Assembly (NCBI GenBank): GCA_963775725.1
Contig: CAVZKA010000002.1
Coordinates: forward strand, 293,004 to 357,003
DNA length: 64,000 nucleotides
Origin: an uncultured Acidobacteriota bacterium
GTDB lineage: Bacteria > Acidobacteriota > Thermoanaerobaculia > UBA5066 > Gp7-AA6
Reading direction: 5' to 3'
In this document: positions 58,132 through 64,000 of the stretch, one piece after another
Layout of the letters: every line of letters starts with the position of its first letter
Position numbering within the stretch: the stretch's first letter is position 1
Position numbers and translations under genes: made by a program
The notes under the pieces: generated by a model
Told to the model about the DNA's origin: nothing
Seen by the model: only the letters and a program-made list of their open reading frames with translations
The model's database searches: none

Positions 58132-59358
58132 ATGCCAGCGATGGCCGAAAACGAACCTGAGGACCGCCTCCAACTGCTCGAAACCGAGATCGAGCGTCGA
58201 CTCTCCGAACGATTTTCCGCCCTCCGCGAGGAGTTCGACCGGCTGCGCCTCGAGTCCGACCGCCGCTGGTTCGGGTTCCTCGAAAAGTTCGACCAGGACC
58301 TGAGGGGCGTCGTCCCGGCGGAGCTGCTGGGCGGCGGCGCCACGGTGATCGAGCGCAAGGGGCTCGTGTCGGTCGAAGCCGCGCGCATGCTGGATCTGGC
58401 CACGACCCAGGTCGACGTCCTCCACAAGTTCCTCGACGAGTGCCGGCGCCACTGCTCGCGCGCGGCCCTGCTCGTCGCGCGCGGCGGCTCGATCGGCGCC
58501 TGGAAAGCCGTCGGCTTCTCGCAGAACGGCGGCGACGACGAGGCGGTGCGCCAGGTTTCGATGCCGCTGGTCGAGGGCGGCCTGCTCTCGCGCGTCATGA
58601 CGGGCAATGCCCTGCGCCTGCCGGCATCCAACGAGATCTCTTCGCTGCTGCGCGCGGGCCGCGTTTCCGACGCGGTCGCGATTCCGATGGTGGTCCGCGA
58701 GAAGATCTCGGGCGCGCTCTACGCCGACGTCGCGATCGGCGAGGAAGGCAGGTTCGATCCGGACGCGCTGGGGCTGTTGACGTTCCTCGCCGGCCTGCTC
58801 GTGGACCGCCTCGCCTCGCGCAAGTTGAAGCCCGCTCCCGCGCTTCGCGTTCCCGAGGTCGCGAAGAAACCGGAGCCCGCGGGCATGTGGATGGACGACG
58901 GGGGCGCCGGGAGCCCCGCCGTCGAGGCCGCCGCGGCCGAGCCCGCGCCGGCCGCCGCGCCGTCGGTTTGGACGGCCGCACCGCCGGCGGCTTCCGAGGA
59001 GAGGCCGCCCGGGGAATCCTCGTTCATCGCTGCCGAGCCTGCCGCGGACGCGCCCGCCGACGCGGGCCGCCGGCTGGCCGGGCCGCTCGCCGAGATGTCC
59101 TCGGGCGACGAACGGCGCGAGGAAGCGCGGCGCTTCGCGCGCCTGCTCGTCTCGGAGATCAAGCTCTACAACGAACGCGCGGTCCTCGAGGGCCGCGAGC
59201 ACTCCAACCTCTACGAGCGGCTGCGCGACGACATCGATCGCAGCCGCCAGATGTACGAGGAACGCATTCCGCAGGACGTCCGCTCCTCGAGCAATTTCTT
59301 CTACGATGAGCTCGTGTTGATCCTCGCCGATGGCCGCCCCGAGGTCCTGGGGCTCTGA
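58132..59358 (+). CDS. Hypothetical protein, possible GAF-like domain, Ala/Pro-rich linker and conserved C-terminal helical module
   Basis: 408-aa ORF with ordinary composition in the N- and C-terminal thirds (…ARRFARLLVSEIKLYNERAVLEGREHSNLYERLRDDIDRSRQMYEERIP…). No family assigned with confidence. Confidence 0.5.
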   Translation: MPAMAENEPEDRLQLLETEIERRLSERFSALREEFDRLRLESDRRWFGFLEKFDQDLRGVVPAELLGGGATVIERKGLVSVEAARMLDLATTQVDVLHKFLDECRRHCSRAALLVARGGSIGAWKAVGFSQNGGDDEAVRQVSMPLVEGGLLSRVMTGNALRLPASNEISSLLRAGRVSDAVAIPMVVREKISGALYADVAIGEEGRFDPDALGLLTFLAGLLVDRLASRKLKPAPALRVPEVAKKPEPAGMWMDDGGAGSPAVEAAAAEPAPAAAPSVWTAAPPAASEERPPGESSFIAAEPAADAPADAGRRLAGPLAEMSSGDERREEARRFARLLVSEIKLYNERAVLEGREHSNLYERLRDDIDRSRQMYEERIPQDVRSSSNFFYDELVLILADGRPEVLGL

Positions 59359-59401
59359 TCCTTCCCCGGCGCCCGTTCCCGGCGTGCCGCGGCGCCACTC
59401 G

Positions 59402-61546
59402 GTGAGGCGCGCGGCCCTCGCTCTCGTCCTCTTCCTTCTCGCCAGTCGCGCGGGCGCCGATCTCGGGACCACGCCGGCGGACTTCGACGCGGATTTTGCG
59501 CGCGCCGCGGACCTGCTCGAGGCCGGAAAGCGCGTCGAGGCAGAAGCGGTTCTCGTCGAAGTGCGGCGCAAGGCCGGGCAGCCCGCCTGGGAGGCGCGCA
59601 TCGCGTTTCTGCTGGCGCAGGACGATTCGCGCCGCCAGGACTTCGACGCGGCGGCCCGTCGTCTCGAGGCTCCGGCTTCGTCCATCGGCCTCGATGCATA
59701 TCGGCACCTGGGGCGCGCGGACGCGCTCGAGAGCGGGGGCAAGGCCGAGGAAGCCCTGGCCGAAGCGCGGCTCGCGTTTGCCGCCGAGGGGCCCTTCGCC
59801 TTCCGTGTCCATGCCGCGATCGTGGTCGCGCGCCTGCTCGAGAAGCGCCGCGAGTATCGTGAGGCGACGCAGGTGCTCGCGCTCGCGGCCCACGCCGCGG
59901 CGACGCCGAACCAGGTCGCCGAGGTGTGCATCGCGCGGATCCGTCTCGGGTTGGCGGGCAACGATCGCGCCGCCGTCCGGGACGCCGCGCGGATCCTCAT
60001 TCTCGAATCGCCGACGACCGACCTGGCGAAGGGGACGCCGGCCTTCGTCCGGCAGGCCGCCGCCGAGGCGCAGCGGAGCCTGACGCCGGCCGAGCGGGGG
60101 CGGCGCGGGACCGCGCTCGTCGCTGCCGGACAGGCGCGTGCGGGCGTGCGGCTGCTCTGGCAGGACCGACCCGCGGCGTGGCCCGAGGGAGAGCGCAGCC
60201 GCAACCTGCTCGCACTCGCGCAGGGCCAGCTCGCGATGAAGAAGCCGAAGGATGCGGAGGCGACGGCCGCGCGGATTGCCGACGACGGCACGCTCGCCGC
60301 GGCGCAGGCGCGGCTGCTGCGCTGCGACCTCGTCGTGGCGCGCATTCGCGGAAAGGACGGGGCGGCGCTCGCGCACGACGACCCGCGTCTTGCGCCGGCG
60401 CGCCAGGCGCTCGAGGCCCTGACGGCGCCGGCCGTTCCGGCCCCGGTGCGGCGCGGCGCGGAGGAGCGGCTCGTCAAGCTCGACGCGGAGGGCGAGGACT
60501 TCGACGGTGCGATCGTCCGCGCGCGCAAGCTCACGAGCGATGCTCCGGCCACGATCGGCGGCTTCGAGCCCCTCTGGCTCGCGGCGTGGAGGCGCTATCT
60601 GGCGGGCGACTACGCCGCCGCCCTGGCGCGCCTCGACGCGATCGCGCTGCTCTACACCGACATCTCGCGGGCCCGCCGGCTCGACTACTGGCGGGCGCGG
60701 TGCCTGGCGGTGGAGGGCAAGCAGGCCGCAGCGCGGGCCGTCTTCGAGCGCCTGGCCGCAGCCACGCCGCCCGACATCTACGCGCGGTTTTCCCGCCTGC
60801 ACGCGCCGGCCGCTCCGGCGCTCGAGCGCCCGGCGCTCGGAGACCCGTCCACCGCGACCGCGGCGTACGCGCGGGTCGACGAGCTGCTGCGCCTGCGGAT
60901 GTTCGAGGAGGCGTCGGCCGAAACGCGCGCGCTGCTGCCCTCGCGCGGGCGGGATCTGCGCATGGCGCAGGCGGACTTCGCGCTCGGACGCTTCCAGGCG
61001 GCGGCGATCGCGATCAAGCGCGCTCTGCCGGAGATCGGGACCGCCGAGGAGGGCCGCGTCCCCGAGGCGTGGCGGCGTCTCTATTACCCGATCGAGGAGG
61101 GCGGCCTTCTCGCCGCGCGCGCGGAGGCGGCCGAGGTCGACCCCGCGGTGCTGCGCGGTCTCGTGCGGCAGGAGAGCGTCTTCGACGCGCGGGCGAAATC
61201 GCACGCGGGCGCCGTGGGCCTGATGCAGCTGATGCCGGCGACCGCGAAGAGCCTCTCGCGCTCGGTCCTGCACTCGCGCTACCGCAACGCTTTTCTCTAC
61301 GACCCGGGCTCGAACGCCGCGCTCGGGGCGGCATACCTGAAGCGGCTGCTCGGCCAGTTCGACGGCTCGACCGTGCTCGCACTCGCGGCGTACAACGGCG
61401 GCCCGTCGCGCATTGCCCGCATCGCGCGCGAGAACCCGCGGCTGGCGGAGGACGAGCTCTTCGAAACGATCCCGGTGTACGAGACGCGGGACTATGTGCG
61501 GAGAGTGCTGCTGTATTCGGAGTCGTACAGGGAGCTCTACCCGTAG
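59402..61546 (+). CDS. Soluble lytic murein transglycosylase (Slt family) with signal peptide and TPR-like superhelical N-domain
   Basis: Catalytic SLT domain …ESVFDARAKSHAGAVGLMQLMPATAKSL…AYNGGPSRI…. Start taken at the in-frame GTG (VRRAALALVLFLLASRAGA) to avoid overlap with the upstream gene; the alternative start is 59330. Confidence 0.75.
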   Translation: MRRAALALVLFLLASRAGADLGTTPADFDADFARAADLLEAGKRVEAEAVLVEVRRKAGQPAWEARIAFLLAQDDSRRQDFDAAARRLEAPASSIGLDAYRHLGRADALESGGKAEEALAEARLAFAAEGPFAFRVHAAIVVARLLEKRREYREATQVLALAAHAAATPNQVAEVCIARIRLGLAGNDRAAVRDAARILILESPTTDLAKGTPAFVRQAAAEAQRSLTPAERGRRGTALVAAGQARAGVRLLWQDRPAAWPEGERSRNLLALAQGQLAMKKPKDAEATAARIADDGTLAAAQARLLRCDLVVARIRGKDGAALAHDDPRLAPARQALEALTAPAVPAPVRRGAEERLVKLDAEGEDFDGAIVRARKLTSDAPATIGGFEPLWLAAWRRYLAGDYAAALARLDAIALLYTDISRARRLDYWRARCLAVEGKQAAARAVFERLAAATPPDIYARFSRLHAPAAPALERPALGDPSTATAAYARVDELLRLRMFEEASAETRALLPSRGRDLRMAQADFALGRFQAAAIAIKRALPEIGTAEEGRVPEAWRRLYYPIEEGGLLAARAEAAEVDPAVLRGLVRQESVFDARAKSHAGAVGLMQLMPATAKSLSRSVLHSRYRNAFLYDPGSNAALGAAYLKRLLGQFDGSTVLALAAYNGGPSRIARIARENPRLAEDELFETIPVYETRDYVRRVLLYSESYRELYP

Positions 61547-61553
61547 GGACCGG

Positions 61554-63419
<1,866 letters not shown>

Positions 63420-63423
63420 GGCG

Positions 63424-64000
63424 TCAGCGCGGCCGGCGCGCCGTGTAGCGCAGCAGGAAGAAGAAGATGAAGAAGGACAGCGTGGCCAGCACGGCGGCCA
63501 CGGCGTTGGCCGCGGCGACGTTGCCGGCCTCGAACTGCGCGAAAATGTAGAGGGGAGCCGTCTGCGTCTTCAGGCGCATGTTGCCGGAGACGAGGACCGT
63601 CGCGCCGAACTCGCCGAGCGAGTGCGCGAACGTCAGCAGCACTCCGGTGAAGAGGCCGCCGCGCAGGGCGGGCAGGATCACCCAGCGGAACGTCTGCCAT
63701 CGGTTGGCGCCGATCGTGTAGGCCGCCTCTTCGTAGGTCCCCTCGACCTCGTCGAGCACGGGCTTGACCGCGCCGAGCATGTACGGAAACGTCACGAAGA
63801 GGTGCGCGAGCAGGACGCCCGCCGGCGCGAACATGGGCTGCAGGCCGAGCGGCACGAGCCAGCGCCCCAGCAGGCCGATCGGCCCCCACAGGAGCAGCAG
63901 CGACGTGCCGACGACGACCGTGGGAATCGCGACCGGCAGGTTGACGAGAATCCCGAGCGGCCGTTCGCCGCGGAAGCGATAGCGCGAGAGGACGTACGCC
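63424..64000 (-). CDS. ABC transporter permease (CysT/CysW-like), C-terminal part; continues beyond window
   Basis: Frame open to the window edge (…YRFRGERPLGILVNLPVAIPTVVVGTSLLLLWGPIG…GANRWQTFRWVILPALRGGLFTGVLLTFAHSLGEFGATVLV…) with the EAA-type loop. It is 4 nt upstream of the ATPase gene. Confidence 0.7.
   Translation of the reverse strand, partial: AYVLSRYRFRGERPLGILVNLPVAIPTVVVGTSLLLLWGPIGLLGRWLVPLGLQPMFAPAGVLLAHLFVTFPYMLGAVKPVLDEVEGTYEEAAYTIGANRWQTFRWVILPALRGGLFTGVLLTFAHSLGEFGATVLVSGNMRLKTQTAPLYIFAQFEAGNVAAANAVAAVLATLSFFIFFFLLRYTARRPR

Overview
This is a high-GC window of about 67-70% GC, probably from an Acidobacteriota-type genome. The best taxonomic clue is an ADOP-family permease; SelB, DGPF/YciI paralogs and ADOP family members are also present. 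Many long ORFs on opposite strands or alternate frames are Arg/Ala/Gly-rich GC artefacts and were ignored.

The window has two parts.

The right part, about 27.7-64 kb, is conserved housekeeping. It holds ssrA (tmRNA), cutA, mccAB-like transsulfuration genes, thiG, panCB, a deoxynucleoside kinase, ubiA/ubiX, comEA plus a pseudopilin, selB, polA, hutI with a cyclodeaminase, divIVA-yggT-yggS, RNase H, tRNA-Met, rpoD, dnaG, mutS2, rpsU, an Slt lytic transglycosylase, and a CysA-like ABC ATPase fused to USP domains.

The left part, about 1-27.3 kb, looks accessory.
- A FecR-domain, Trp-rich secreted protein with a Pro-rich tail.
- An ArsP-like permease with a CxxC thioredoxin-like partner.
- An ADOP permease, three tandem DGPF/YciI paralogs and an ECF sigma factor.
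- A roughly 17 kb segment, about 10.3-27.36 kb, bounded on one side by intact ssrA and on the other by degenerate direct copies of the tmRNA 3' end, including a 19-nt exact match. This is the signature of a decayed genomic island integrated at ssrA, and no integrase remains.

The island carries an iron-permease/DUF2231 pair, a PLD-type cardiolipin synthase, and a six- or seven-gene translationally coupled operon with 4-nt start/stop overlaps. The operon encodes a PoxB-like TPP enzyme, an MR/MLE enolase, a YdiJ-like FAD/Fe-S oxidase, a GH39 hydrolase, a DUF3131-like glycosidase and an SDR. The island also carries an MscS channel and a rearrangement scar made of an AraC HTH remnant fused to a frameshifted second copy of the thioredoxin gene.

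I found no CRISPR array, integrase, transposase, or recognisable defence or toxin system. The most novel-looking items are the ssrA island with its coupled catabolic operon, and several structured non-coding elements.
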